The notes under the pieces are model-generated. The model was given only the letters and a program-made list of their open reading frames with translations. It was not told where the DNA came from and ran no database searches. A program made the translations under genes and the position numbers. Below are positions 1 to 9,126 of a stretch of DNA of 64,000 bases, one piece after another. The first letter of the stretch is position 1, and the number at the start of each line of letters is the position of its first letter. This DNA is from Candidatus Kerfeldbacteria bacterium (GTDB lineage Bacteria; Patescibacteriota; Patescibacteriia; SBBC01; CAIJZX01): NCBI GenBank assembly GCA_963731735.1, contig CAVSWO010000002.1:564257-628256 (forward strand). The letters are read 5' to 3'.

Positions 1-317
1 ACCAGACCCTGACCGCCGGTTCCAGTACGATTGCCGACGCCGCGGGCGGCACGATTGGGAACGGTGATGACGAGTATGGCGCTTCGACTGATAGCGGCGG
101 AACGGTGGATCTTGCCTCAACCAGTAACTCGTGTGCCACTGGAACTGGCCCAATGAATGCGACCGGACTTTCGACCACCTTTCAGTCGTTCGCTGCCTCA
201 ACTACCACGGCTTCGGCTGAAGCCACCAAGCTCTGTCTGGTTGCCTCGGCGCCTGGATCAAAAGATGCCGGCCAGTACCAGAGCACACTGACGGTCGTAA
301 CCACTGGAAAATTTTAA
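1..317 (+). CDS. C-terminal fragment of a secreted surface protein, paralog of the 384-1442 and 1446-2510 genes (5' end outside window)
   Basis: Frame 3 is open from position 3. Its C-terminus (...TGTGPMNATGLSTTFQSF...TKLCLVAS...TLTVVTTGKF) aligns with the C-termini of the two downstream paralogs. Confidence 0.6.
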   Translation, partial: QTLTAGSSTIADAAGGTIGNGDDEYGASTDSGGTVDLASTSNSCATGTGPMNATGLSTTFQSFAASTTTASAEATKLCLVASAPGSKDAGQYQSTLTVVTTGKF

Positions 318-383
318 CCTCCGGTTTGCCCCGGATGCGAAATTATGCTATACTGTGGATAGAAATAAATAATCAATATTGTT

Positions 384-1442
384 TTGAAACATATATTTAG
401 CGGGTCCCAACGTTTTCGACCAGCAAAACACGCCATCCCGGCCTTGACCGTGGTTGGGCTTTTAGCGCTAATCTTAGCGCCATTGACCACCATCGCGGCC
501 ACCTTAACAACCCCCCGCGACTATCTCAATCGGCAGAAAGCATCACTAACTTCAGGGGTGCAGCACGAGATTTTCTTTACTCCAGCCACCAATGTGTCCG
601 GTGGTGCGGGAACGAACGTCGTTACCCTGACCTTCCCGGACGGTGATAATTGGTGCGCGACTGCGGGGTCGGATCTGACCGTAACCGGCATTACCGATCC
701 AACCGGCGCGAGCGAATCAGCCACATCCTTACCCGGCACTCTTTCGGGCGCCTGCGCTCAAGCTGCCCAAGATACGCTAACCATTACGGGAGTCGACGAC
801 CTGACGGCCGCGACGAAGTATGGAGTGCAGGTGGCTGACGGCTCAACGGCTAAACTCGGTACCCCGGCGGCTGGAAATGACCTTAAAGTCACCATCACGA
901 CCAACAACGGTTCGAGTGACGTTGATTCGGGGACCTACGCCGTTTCGATTATTTCGGATGATCAAGTTGTTGTCAGTGCGGTGGTAGACGTTACGCTAAG
1001 CGTTTCACTTAACACCAACAGCATCAACCTGGGAACCCTGTCGACGTCGAATGTCAATCAGGGAGGTGTTACCAGTACTGTTTCAACCAGCGCGGCGGGC
1101 GGATATATCTCGCTAGCAAAATATGGCGCGACCCTGACTTCCGGTTCGGATACGATTCCGGATACGACCGGCGGCACCATTGTGGCCGGGACTTCTGAAT
1201 TTGGCGCCTCAAGCTCGGATTCCGGAAATACGATTGGTGTTTGGTCGCCAGCGGCCTGTAGTACGACCGCGACCACCTCGAACGCGACCGCACTCTCGAC
1301 TACCTTTAAGGCCTTTGCCTCAAATACCGTAGCGGTGACGAATGAAGCCACTACGCTTTGCTTCCTAGCCTCTACCAGTGCCACGCAAGCTCCGGGAACC
1401 TATACCAGCACGTCGACCCTCGTGACGACGGCTCGATTTTAA
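384..1442 (+). CDS. Secreted surface protein, paralog A (signal peptide; N-domain shared with the dockerin protein at 3556; Thr/Ser-rich beta C-domain ending ...STLVTTARF)
   Basis: 352-aa ORF with a TTG start and a hydrophobic signal peptide. It is ~60% identical by eye to the next gene, and the LTTPRDYLNRQKAS motif is shared. Confidence 0.7.
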   Translation: MKHIFSGSQRFRPAKHAIPALTVVGLLALILAPLTTIAATLTTPRDYLNRQKASLTSGVQHEIFFTPATNVSGGAGTNVVTLTFPDGDNWCATAGSDLTVTGITDPTGASESATSLPGTLSGACAQAAQDTLTITGVDDLTAATKYGVQVADGSTAKLGTPAAGNDLKVTITTNNGSSDVDSGTYAVSIISDDQVVVSAVVDVTLSVSLNTNSINLGTLSTSNVNQGGVTSTVSTSAAGGYISLAKYGATLTSGSDTIPDTTGGTIVAGTSEFGASSSDSGNTIGVWSPAACSTTATTSNATALSTTFKAFASNTVAVTNEATTLCFLASTSATQAPGTYTSTSTLVTTARF

Positions 1443-1445
1443 TTT

Positions 1446-2510
1446 TTGCAATTTATGAATCATCAAATAACGCCAAACGCCATGCGAAAGTTCGCCCCAC
1501 GTATCATCAGCGTCTTGGCCGTGCTCGGCATGCTCGCGGTCAACGCGCAAATTGCTTCTGCCGGAACGCTAACCACGCCTCGTGATTATTTGAATCGTCA
1601 AAAGGCTTCGCAGACAAGCGGCGTTCAGCACCAAGTTTTCTTTACGACTGCCAATGCGGTGAGCGGTGGAGCGGGGAATAACGTCGTTACGCTAACCTTT
1701 CCTGATGGCGATAACTGGTGTGCGACAGCCGGAACGGATTTAGCGACTTCTGGTATCACCGATCCAACCGGTGGGAGTGAATCGGCTACCTCGCTGCCTG
1801 GCACGCTTTCGGGCGAATGCACCCAGGGTGCCAATGATGCAATTATCATTACCGGGGTGGACGATTTGTCAGCGGCGACCGAATATGGTGTCCAGATTGG
1901 CGATGGGACAACCGGGAAACTCGGTACCTCAGCAGCCGCGAATGACATTAAGGTCACGATTACGACTAATGACGGTTCGAGTGACGTAGATTCCGCTACG
2001 TACGCACTCTCAATTATTTCCGATGACCAGGTGGTTGTCAGTGCGACCATTGATCCCACTCTGACGGTAGTTTTGAGCGCCAACACCGCCAACCTCGGCA
2101 CCCTCTCAACCAGCCAGGTCAACCAAGCCAGCATCACCAGCACCGTTGATACCAACGCGTCTGGCGGATATGTGTCGCTGGTAAAATATGATGCGACGCT
2201 GACCTCCGGATCGAATACTATTCCGGACGAATCCGGCGGCGGGACGATTGTGGCCGGAACCAGCGAGTACGGAGCTTCGACCGATAGCGGAGGAACCGTT
2301 GATTTAACCAGCACCTCGAACTCTTGCGCGACAGGTGCCGGACCGATGAACGCCGACCCGCTTTCAACCACCTTTCAGGTATTTGGCGAAGGGACAGCTG
2401 CGGTTTCAAGCGACGTTACAACGCTCTGTTTCGTCGCGACTACCAGTGCCACCCAAGCTCCGGGCACCTATACCAGTACGTCGACCCTGGTGACCACGGC
2501 TCGATTCTAA
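1446..2510 (+). CDS. Secreted surface protein, paralog B (tandem duplicate of 384-1442)
   Basis: 354 aa. It shares the signal peptide, the N-domain (LTTPRDYLNRQKASQTSGVQH...) and the identical C-terminal 20 aa (ATQAPGTYTSTSTLVTTARF) with paralog A. Confidence 0.75.
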   Translation: MQFMNHQITPNAMRKFAPRIISVLAVLGMLAVNAQIASAGTLTTPRDYLNRQKASQTSGVQHQVFFTTANAVSGGAGNNVVTLTFPDGDNWCATAGTDLATSGITDPTGGSESATSLPGTLSGECTQGANDAIIITGVDDLSAATEYGVQIGDGTTGKLGTSAAANDIKVTITTNDGSSDVDSATYALSIISDDQVVVSATIDPTLTVVLSANTANLGTLSTSQVNQASITSTVDTNASGGYVSLVKYDATLTSGSNTIPDESGGGTIVAGTSEYGASTDSGGTVDLTSTSNSCATGAGPMNADPLSTTFQVFGEGTAAVSSDVTTLCFVATTSATQAPGTYTSTSTLVTTARF

Positions 2511-2544
2511 AACGCCGCTCCATCGAGCGCTTATTCTACAGCCC

Positions 2545-3552
2545 ATGAACCGCCGACTCGTTTCCATCCTAGGACTTCCAGTCTTGCTGGCGGTCGGATT
2601 CTTGTGGCACTCCCATTCCGCGTCCGCCCTAACGCTCGTTCCGCCCAGTCTCGAGTTTTCAGCCCAGCCGGGTGAGACGATTGATACAAAAATTAAGCTA
2701 TTCAACGAGGAATCAGATGCGATTTCGGTGTTTAGTTCAACCTCGAATTTTACCGCCAAAGATGAATCTGGTGATCCGAACTTTGATTTTGCGGACACGC
2801 CGACGGACTTAGCCAGCTGGATCGACGTGGGGGTCGGTCCGTTTACGCTCCAGCCGGGCGATCGTCTGGAAATCCCATTTAGCATCAAAGTTCCGGCTGA
2901 TGCCGAACCGGGCGGTCACTACGCCAGCGTTTTCTTCGGCACTGATCCGTCAATCAAGCCGGAGGGTGGCGGCCAAGTCAATATCCGGTCGCTGATCGGC
3001 ACCTTGGTGATTCTCCGTGTAGCCGGCGATGTACGGGAGCAAGCCGCGGTAGCTTCATTTGGCCCAGCCACAAAAACCCTCAATCGCTTACCGAGCACAC
3101 TGGAACTGCGGATTCAAAATACGGGAAACGTCCATGTTCGACCGCAAGGCACGGTAGTCATCAAGAATTTGTTCGGCGGCGAGTCTGCTCGTATCCCCAT
3201 CAACGAAGTCAACGGGGCGGTTTTGCCGGCCAGCATTCGCAAGTTTGATATACAATGGGCTAAACATGATACCACCGGAACACGGGGTAATTTCTTCCAG
3301 GAGCTCGGTTCCGAATGGAGTAACTTTGCCCTCGGACCCTATACAGCTACTGCCAGTATCACCTACGGTCAATCGAATTTGACGTTAAGCTCGAGCACCA
3401 AGTTCACGGTTATTCCATGGCGGTTGCTCACGGTCATCGTGGTGGTCCTCGGGTTGCTGCTTTGGCTGCTGATCTTCGGTATTCGACGTTATAATTCGGC
3501 CATTATTCACCGCGCGCAAAGTCATTTACCCCCGCCGGGAACCGGCAAGTAG
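2545..3552 (+). CDS. Cell-surface protein with N-terminal signal peptide, beta-rich ectodomain and C-terminal TM anchor plus basic tail (CscA/DUF916-DUF3324-like architecture; family assignment tentative)
   Basis: 335 aa. Signal peptide is LLAVGFLWHSHSASA and the C-terminal TM is LLTVIVVVLGLLLWLLIFGIRRY. The size and topology match anchor proteins found in WxL-type surface clusters. Confidence 0.6.
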   Translation: MNRRLVSILGLPVLLAVGFLWHSHSASALTLVPPSLEFSAQPGETIDTKIKLFNEESDAISVFSSTSNFTAKDESGDPNFDFADTPTDLASWIDVGVGPFTLQPGDRLEIPFSIKVPADAEPGGHYASVFFGTDPSIKPEGGGQVNIRSLIGTLVILRVAGDVREQAAVASFGPATKTLNRLPSTLELRIQNTGNVHVRPQGTVVIKNLFGGESARIPINEVNGAVLPASIRKFDIQWAKHDTTGTRGNFFQELGSEWSNFALGPYTATASITYGQSNLTLSSSTKFTVIPWRLLTVIVVVLGLLLWLLIFGIRRYNSAIIHRAQSHLPPPGTGK

Positions 3553-3555
3553 AAT

Positions 3556-4890
3556 ATGCGCCGGGTGGTGGGGTGGCGCGAGTATGTCCTGGTTACTCTG
3601 ATCGGGCTGTTTGTCTTGTTCAGCGGTTCGCGGTCGGTCCAGGCCGGCGCCTTGACGGGGATGCGAGATTATTTACTGCGTCAACAAGCCAGCTTAACCA
3701 GCGGACAAACCCACCAAGTATTTTTTATCCCGGCTACTTCATTGCCTGGCAGCGGCAACACGCTGGAGCTGGCATTCCCGATCGGGCAAAGTAGTCGCTG
3801 GTGCCGAACGGCTGGATCAGATGCAACCGTTACCGGGATCACGGACCCAATCGGTGCGACCGAGGGCGCCACGGCGTTACCCGGAACGCTAACGGCCAGC
3901 TGTTCACAGGGGGACAACAGCACGACCGGTGATCAACTTGTGGTCAGCGGCGTGGGCCCACTAGTCAGCGGCACGCGGTACGGAGTTTCAATCGCTGACG
4001 GTTCGACCACGAAACTTGGCACGCCACCGGCAGCCAATAATATTCTTGTGAATGTCAAAACCACCAATGGTATCTCTGATGTCGATGCCGGTATTTTTTG
4101 GTTGGCTACAGTCAGCAATGACCATGTCGTTATTTCTGCCACGGTCTCATCAGCACCCGAACCAACCACCAACCCGGTCGTCCAGTTTATCGGACGGGCA
4201 TCGCCGGGAACCGATGTACATATTCATCGCGACACAATTACGGATCCTCCGCTCCAATCTGTTCCGACCGACCCGGCTGCCAAATTCAATGTTACGTTAA
4301 CCGATCAGCCGACCGGTCAGCATACGTATACGATCGAAGCCAATGATACTGATGGGCGGCCGCACACCGCTTTGGTCTTCGCCCTGAATCTTTCGGCTGG
4401 TTCGACGACAGTCATTAGCGGCGTCTTCTTGGGTCCGACGATTGCGGTTGATAAAACGACCGCCACGCTTGGCGAGAATGTAACGGTCTTCGGGAAGACC
4501 GCACCGAGCAGCACCGTGACGGTGACTGTCAGTTCGGATCCGGTTTCCTACAATCTGACGGCGGACGCCAACGGCGATTGGTCAAAAAGCGTGAAAACCA
4601 CCGATATCGGCACCGGTTCCCACGAAGCGGTGGCGAGGGCGGTATCGACGGATAATTCCGTCTCGGAGAACAGTCCAACCGCCACCTTCGCGGTCAATCC
4701 GCTGGATCAATGTGACGGAAAGCAGACGGCAGACATTAACTGCGATGGGGACGTCAATTTAACTGATTTCAGTATTATGCTGTATTTCTGGAAAACCGAT
4801 AATCCGGCCAACGCTCGGGCCGATATCAATGGCGACGGCACCGTCTCGATCGTGGACTTTAGTATCATGCTCTACCAATGGACCGGATAA
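3556..4890 (+). CDS. Secreted protein with paralog-family N-domain and a C-terminal type I dockerin-like duplicated Ca-binding repeat
   Basis: The N-terminus (ALTGMRDYLLRQQASLTSGQTHQVFF...) is homologous to paralogs A/B. The C-terminus has DINCDGDVNLTDFSIMLYFW ... DINGDGTVSIVDFSIMLYQW, two dockerin F-hand repeats. Confidence 0.7.
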   Translation: MRRVVGWREYVLVTLIGLFVLFSGSRSVQAGALTGMRDYLLRQQASLTSGQTHQVFFIPATSLPGSGNTLELAFPIGQSSRWCRTAGSDATVTGITDPIGATEGATALPGTLTASCSQGDNSTTGDQLVVSGVGPLVSGTRYGVSIADGSTTKLGTPPAANNILVNVKTTNGISDVDAGIFWLATVSNDHVVISATVSSAPEPTTNPVVQFIGRASPGTDVHIHRDTITDPPLQSVPTDPAAKFNVTLTDQPTGQHTYTIEANDTDGRPHTALVFALNLSAGSTTVISGVFLGPTIAVDKTTATLGENVTVFGKTAPSSTVTVTVSSDPVSYNLTADANGDWSKSVKTTDIGTGSHEAVARAVSTDNSVSENSPTATFAVNPLDQCDGKQTADINCDGDVNLTDFSIMLYFWKTDNPANARADINGDGTVSIVDFSIMLYQWTG

Positions 4891-6017
4891 AATATTTTCT
4901 GATTCTCGGATTAACCGGCTTGGGACTGTTTGGACCAAGCAGCGCGGCGGCCCAAACACCGCAGCCATCGATTCATTTAGTGACCTCCCAGGGCTTGGTG
5001 CAAACCGGTGATATCCTGACCGCCGAGATCCAACTCAATAGCGGTGGCCAGAACGTCAACGCGGTTGAAGTGGTGCTGCAATATGCGCCGCAACAACTGC
5101 AAGTGGTATCGGTTACGCGTCAGCAATCGGTCCTCACGCTATGGCCGGAAGTGCCGCGGTGGGATGCGCAACTCGGCGAGGTGCATATGACCGGTGGCCG
5201 CCCGGGCGGATTCTATGCCGTCAACGCTAGCCTGGCGACCGTTTACTTCCGGGCACTTACAAGCGGGCCCGTTCAGCTGGGATTTGATCTTGACCAGACG
5301 GCGGCCTACTTGCATGATGGAAAAGGCACCCGCCTGCCGCTCGAGTCGAGCGAGACAGAAATTCAGGTTGGCAGCAACCTCCAACCACGTCTCGAGTTAA
5401 TCTCGACGACGCATCCAACGCCGGAATATTGGTCGCATGGAACCAGCGTGCACGTCGGCTGGGTCGTTGAACCGGACACGGAATATTCATACGAGTTTTC
5501 AACCGATCCATCGGTACTGCCGGATGCAACGCCAGAAAAAAAAGTTGGTTCAGTTGAATATACCGGGCTGACTGATGGCGTCTACTTTTTTACTATCAAG
5601 CAGCGGGCAATAGGACAACCCTGGTCGGCCCTGATCCAGCGACGCTTTTTGATTGATGGGACGCCGCCAGCATCCTTCACGATTCAACGCGTCTCATCCG
5701 GCTTGGCTAACCGAGCCACTTGGCTGATTTGGAACACCACGGATCAAACCTCGGGATTGGTTGGATATCGCCTGGCGGTCGATGGCCGGGATGTTGGGGC
5801 GGTCTCCAGTCCGTTGAATTTTGACGATGCCTGGCGCGGTCACCGATTGACCATTACCGCCACCGACGCGGCCGGGAATATCCGCACGGCGACCTGGCAA
5901 AAATCCGAAGCTGGCGGGTATCATCCGCTCGTACAATGGTGGATTATTCTGATCTTGGGTGTCGGGGCGCTGGTCGTGGCTGTTTGGGTAACGCGACGAT
6001 TGATTGCATCGCGATGA
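4878..6017 (+). CDS. Membrane-anchored cohesin-like domain protein 1 (signal peptide, cohesin-like beta-sandwich, Fn3/Ig-like domain, C-terminal TM)
   Basis: The cohesin-like stretch (PSIHLVTSQGLVQTGDILTAEIQLNSGGQNVNAVEVVLQYAPQQLQVVSV) is followed by the pattern ...G..F......G...F.V. The C-terminal TM is WWIILILGVGALVVAVWV. It is paralogous to the next two genes. Confidence 0.65.
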   Translation: MDRIKYFLILGLTGLGLFGPSSAAAQTPQPSIHLVTSQGLVQTGDILTAEIQLNSGGQNVNAVEVVLQYAPQQLQVVSVTRQQSVLTLWPEVPRWDAQLGEVHMTGGRPGGFYAVNASLATVYFRALTSGPVQLGFDLDQTAAYLHDGKGTRLPLESSETEIQVGSNLQPRLELISTTHPTPEYWSHGTSVHVGWVVEPDTEYSYEFSTDPSVLPDATPEKKVGSVEYTGLTDGVYFFTIKQRAIGQPWSALIQRRFLIDGTPPASFTIQRVSSGLANRATWLIWNTTDQTSGLVGYRLAVDGRDVGAVSSPLNFDDAWRGHRLTITATDAAGNIRTATWQKSEAGGYHPLVQWWIILILGVGALVVAVWVTRRLIASR

Positions 6018-6043
6018 GCAATAATTCCTGATATACTCACCAT

Positions 6044-7477
6044 ATGCTGAATCGGATGATACATAAGCGTCGAGTACTGACAGGGTTGACGAACGTCCTG
6101 GCTGGTGCCGGATTGTTTTTGATACTCGTGCCTGGTGCAACTGCCCAAGCGACAGGTGCCAGCCTCAGCGTTTCGCCCAACTCCGGTGTCTTTGAAGTCG
6201 GCAGTTTAGTCGACGTTTCGTTCTTAGTTGATACCGGTGGCCAAGCGGTGAATGCCGTCAACGCTGAAGTTCAGTTCCCGGCCGACAAACTCCAAGTCGT
6301 AAACCCGGCCGCCAGCACCTCGTTCATCACGATTTGGGTCACCGCGCCGACCTATTCGAACAGCGACGGGACGATGCAATTTCAAGGTGGGTTACCGAAT
6401 CCGGGAATTAAGACGAGCGCGGGCGTAATCAGCACCGTCACTTTCCGCGTCACCGCGGCCGGCAAAGCCGTGATTAAATTTGCTCCCTCTTCCCAAGTGC
6501 TACGCAATGATGGTGAAGGAACGAATATATTGTCGGCCACTGGCAGCGCCGAACTCAGTCTCAAAATTCCCCCGCCGGCCGGACCAATTGTCACCAGCAC
6601 GTCGCATCCCGACAGTAATCAATGGTCGAACAATCCGAATGTGCAGCTGACCTGGGAAGCGCCCGAGGATGCGGTCGGGTATAGCTATAGTTTCGACCAA
6701 AATCCAAAATCCGTTCCCGATGAAACCATTGAGACCACCAAAACGAACGCGGACGTAAAAGCCGCAACGGATGGCGTCTGGTACTTTCATTTACGCGCCA
6801 AGAATGAAAGTTGGGGTGGCACAACGACCTATGCCGTTCGAATTGATACCACGCCGCCGGCCGCATTCACTCCTACCCTCGATCCGAATTTGATTACGGT
6901 CGAGCAAACCGCATTGCTGCGATTTCTGACCACTGACGCAGCCTCCGGCATCGATCACTATGAAGTCAAACAAATCGATGTTTCGGGCACCGGCCAGGGA
7001 GATACCTTGTTTATTGAATCGATCAGTCCGTATACGATTCAACGCCTGTCCGACGGGAGTTACCAATTTGTGGTTCGGGCATTTGATCGGGCTGGGAACG
7101 TGACCGAAGGGACAACCACCCTGACCGTGGTGGCGGCCGGACTACCCTTTTTTGCTCGAGTTCCGTTTCTAAGAAATCCGGCGGTCGCGAATATCGCGTT
7201 AGTAGTGCTGGCCAGTTTAGTACTCCTTTTTATTGGCTGGCTGATCATTCGTCGGGCCCGGCTGCGGAGTACATTCCGGCACGACTTGTCCAAGCTCGAG
7301 CATGATGCGCAAAAGAAAGCTGCCGATCTGCAGCAGGAGATGCAAGAAATCCAAGAAGCGGAAAACATGTTCCATCAGCAAGTCCCGCCCCTAGCCCCGC
7401 CACCGCCGCCTAGCGTGCCTCCGCCACCGCCCCAGCCGCCACCAGCCACCCCGCCCAATCAGCCATCCCGCCAATGA
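6044..7477 (+). CDS. Membrane-anchored cohesin-like domain protein 2 (cohesin-like, Fn3/Ig-like, TM, coiled-coil/Pro-rich cytoplasmic tail)
   Basis: The cohesin-like region is SLSVSPNSGVFEVGSLVDVSFLVDTGGQAVNAVNAEVQFPADKLQVVN...ISTVTFRVTAAGKAVIKF. The TM is ALVVLASLVLLFIGWLII and the tail is PPLAPPPPPSVPPPPPQPPP. Confidence 0.7.
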   Translation: MLNRMIHKRRVLTGLTNVLAGAGLFLILVPGATAQATGASLSVSPNSGVFEVGSLVDVSFLVDTGGQAVNAVNAEVQFPADKLQVVNPAASTSFITIWVTAPTYSNSDGTMQFQGGLPNPGIKTSAGVISTVTFRVTAAGKAVIKFAPSSQVLRNDGEGTNILSATGSAELSLKIPPPAGPIVTSTSHPDSNQWSNNPNVQLTWEAPEDAVGYSYSFDQNPKSVPDETIETTKTNADVKAATDGVWYFHLRAKNESWGGTTTYAVRIDTTPPAAFTPTLDPNLITVEQTALLRFLTTDAASGIDHYEVKQIDVSGTGQGDTLFIESISPYTIQRLSDGSYQFVVRAFDRAGNVTEGTTTLTVVAAGLPFFARVPFLRNPAVANIALVVLASLVLLFIGWLIIRRARLRSTFRHDLSKLEHDAQKKAADLQQEMQEIQEAENMFHQQVPPLAPPPPPSVPPPPPQPPPATPPNQPSRQ

Positions 7478-9126
7478 TCCGCCGCCTGGTTACCATCATC
7501 GGAGTCGGTTTCTTGGCTTGGGCCGTGCCGACGGTATCGCGGGCCGCGACCCTGTACTTATCACCTTCGTCGGGTACCTACTCGACTGGGCAAACGTTTT
7601 CAGCCAGTGTGCGCGTCAATACCGGCGGTCAGGCCATCAATGCGGCGGAAGGCACCCTGGCTTTTCCAACCGACTTGTTGGAAGTTACGAGCCTGAGCAA
7701 GAGCGGATCGGTCTTTTCCCTGTGGCCGAGCGACCCCAGTGCTTCAAACAGCACGGGGAAGATTAGTTATTCCGGCGGGGTGCCCAGTCCTGGATATACT
7801 GGCAGCAGCGGGAAAATATTTACCATTACTTTCAAGGTGAAAAGCACCGGTACGGCGGCGATTGCCGCTAGCAGCGGAAAAATATTGGCCAATGACGGCC
7901 AGGGCACAAATATTTTGACCGGCCAATCAGGCGGCACCTTTACCCTCAGCCAAACCGCCGCTCCCGCTCCGGCCGCGCCAGCCGAACCAGCAAAAACGAC
8001 CCCGACGTTGAGTTCCAGCACGCATCCAAATCAGGATGCCTGGTATCGTGATCTGCAAGCTAGCCTAACCTTTAGTCAGCCGACGGGCTTACTGGGCGTG
8101 AGCTTTGGACTGACCGATCAGCCGGATTCAGTCCCGGATGAAGTACCTGATCCGACGGACGGAACAATTCAAACCACCATACCGAATGAAGGCGTCTGGT
8201 ATTTTCATATTCGTGGCTGGTATAGCAATGGTTGGAGTTCAACCGCGCACTATCGATTCCAGATAGACCGGAGTGCGCCAGATCCATTTTCGATAACCTT
8301 GGATCGGGATCGTGACGTCAAAGACGCGACGCCCACCCTCAAGTTTATGGCCACGGATGCATTGAGTGGGATTGATCATTATACCTTGCGTTTGAATGGC
8401 GACGACCCTGAGCAAGTCGAAAGCCCGGTCACTTTAGCCCTAACCAACGGCGGTCCTCAGACGGTGGTCATCACAGCCTACGATCGGGCCGGTAACACAA
8501 AAACCAGTCAGCTAGATTTTGATTTTGACGGGTACCCGCCGCCGATCATTACCGGCATCAGTCAAAAGCTTATTCTGCTGCAACCCATTACGGTCGACGG
8601 AACAGCCGCCAGCGGTGATACGGTTACCATTTATCTGGATGGGGAGGTCCTCGGCACCGTCCAAGCCGGTCGGCTGACCGATCAGGGGGCAGTTGTGGTT
8701 CGGGTGCCGTGGCATTTTCAAAGCCAACGCTTGCTGGTGCCAGGCAAATACAGTTTGACGGCTACCGCCACCAGCGCCGACGGGATGGTCAGCGTCCCAA
8801 CCGATCCGAAAATTGTTCACGTGTCCGGCACCAGCCTGATTTTTAACGGCTATACCCTGGCCACCATCGCGATCGCTCCCGCCCTGGCCGGGCTGCTGAT
8901 TGTTCTGTTGGTAGCCAATAGCTTGGTCTACGTGCAACTGTTTCGGGCGGTTAAGCAAATGCACAGCCGAGAGTTACAAGCCGACCGAGATGTTCGTGCC
9001 TTAGCCCAACGGTTGGAGTCTCAACGGTTATCTCCCAGCGCCATCAAGAAAAGCCTCCAAGACATTGAACGCGACCTTGAGGAGCCGGCCAAGCCGGTCA
9101 AGAAACCTCGTCGCCGTAAATCATAA
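7474..9126 (+). CDS. Membrane-anchored cohesin-like domain protein 3 (cohesin-like, Fn3/Ig-like domains, TM, basic cytoplasmic tail)
   Basis: The cohesin-like region is ATLYLSPSSGTYSTGQTFSASVRVNTGGQAINAAEGTLAFPTDLLEVTS...IFTITFKVKSTGTAAI. The TM is LAGLLIVLLVANSLVYV and the tail ends KKPRRRKS. Confidence 0.7.
   Translation: MIRRLVTIIGVGFLAWAVPTVSRAATLYLSPSSGTYSTGQTFSASVRVNTGGQAINAAEGTLAFPTDLLEVTSLSKSGSVFSLWPSDPSASNSTGKISYSGGVPSPGYTGSSGKIFTITFKVKSTGTAAIAASSGKILANDGQGTNILTGQSGGTFTLSQTAAPAPAAPAEPAKTTPTLSSSTHPNQDAWYRDLQASLTFSQPTGLLGVSFGLTDQPDSVPDEVPDPTDGTIQTTIPNEGVWYFHIRGWYSNGWSSTAHYRFQIDRSAPDPFSITLDRDRDVKDATPTLKFMATDALSGIDHYTLRLNGDDPEQVESPVTLALTNGGPQTVVITAYDRAGNTKTSQLDFDFDGYPPPIITGISQKLILLQPITVDGTAASGDTVTIYLDGEVLGTVQAGRLTDQGAVVVRVPWHFQSQRLLVPGKYSLTATATSADGMVSVPTDPKIVHVSGTSLIFNGYTLATIAIAPALAGLLIVLLVANSLVYVQLFRAVKQMHSRELQADRDVRALAQRLESQRLSPSAIKKSLQDIERDLEEPAKPVKKPRRRKS

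Noticed and set aside
1625-2371. 248-aa minus-strand ORF antisense to paralog B
   Set aside because: It lies entirely within a well-supported plus-strand gene of a duplicated family and is itself low-complexity. This is a typical shadow ORF of a GC-rich coding region.
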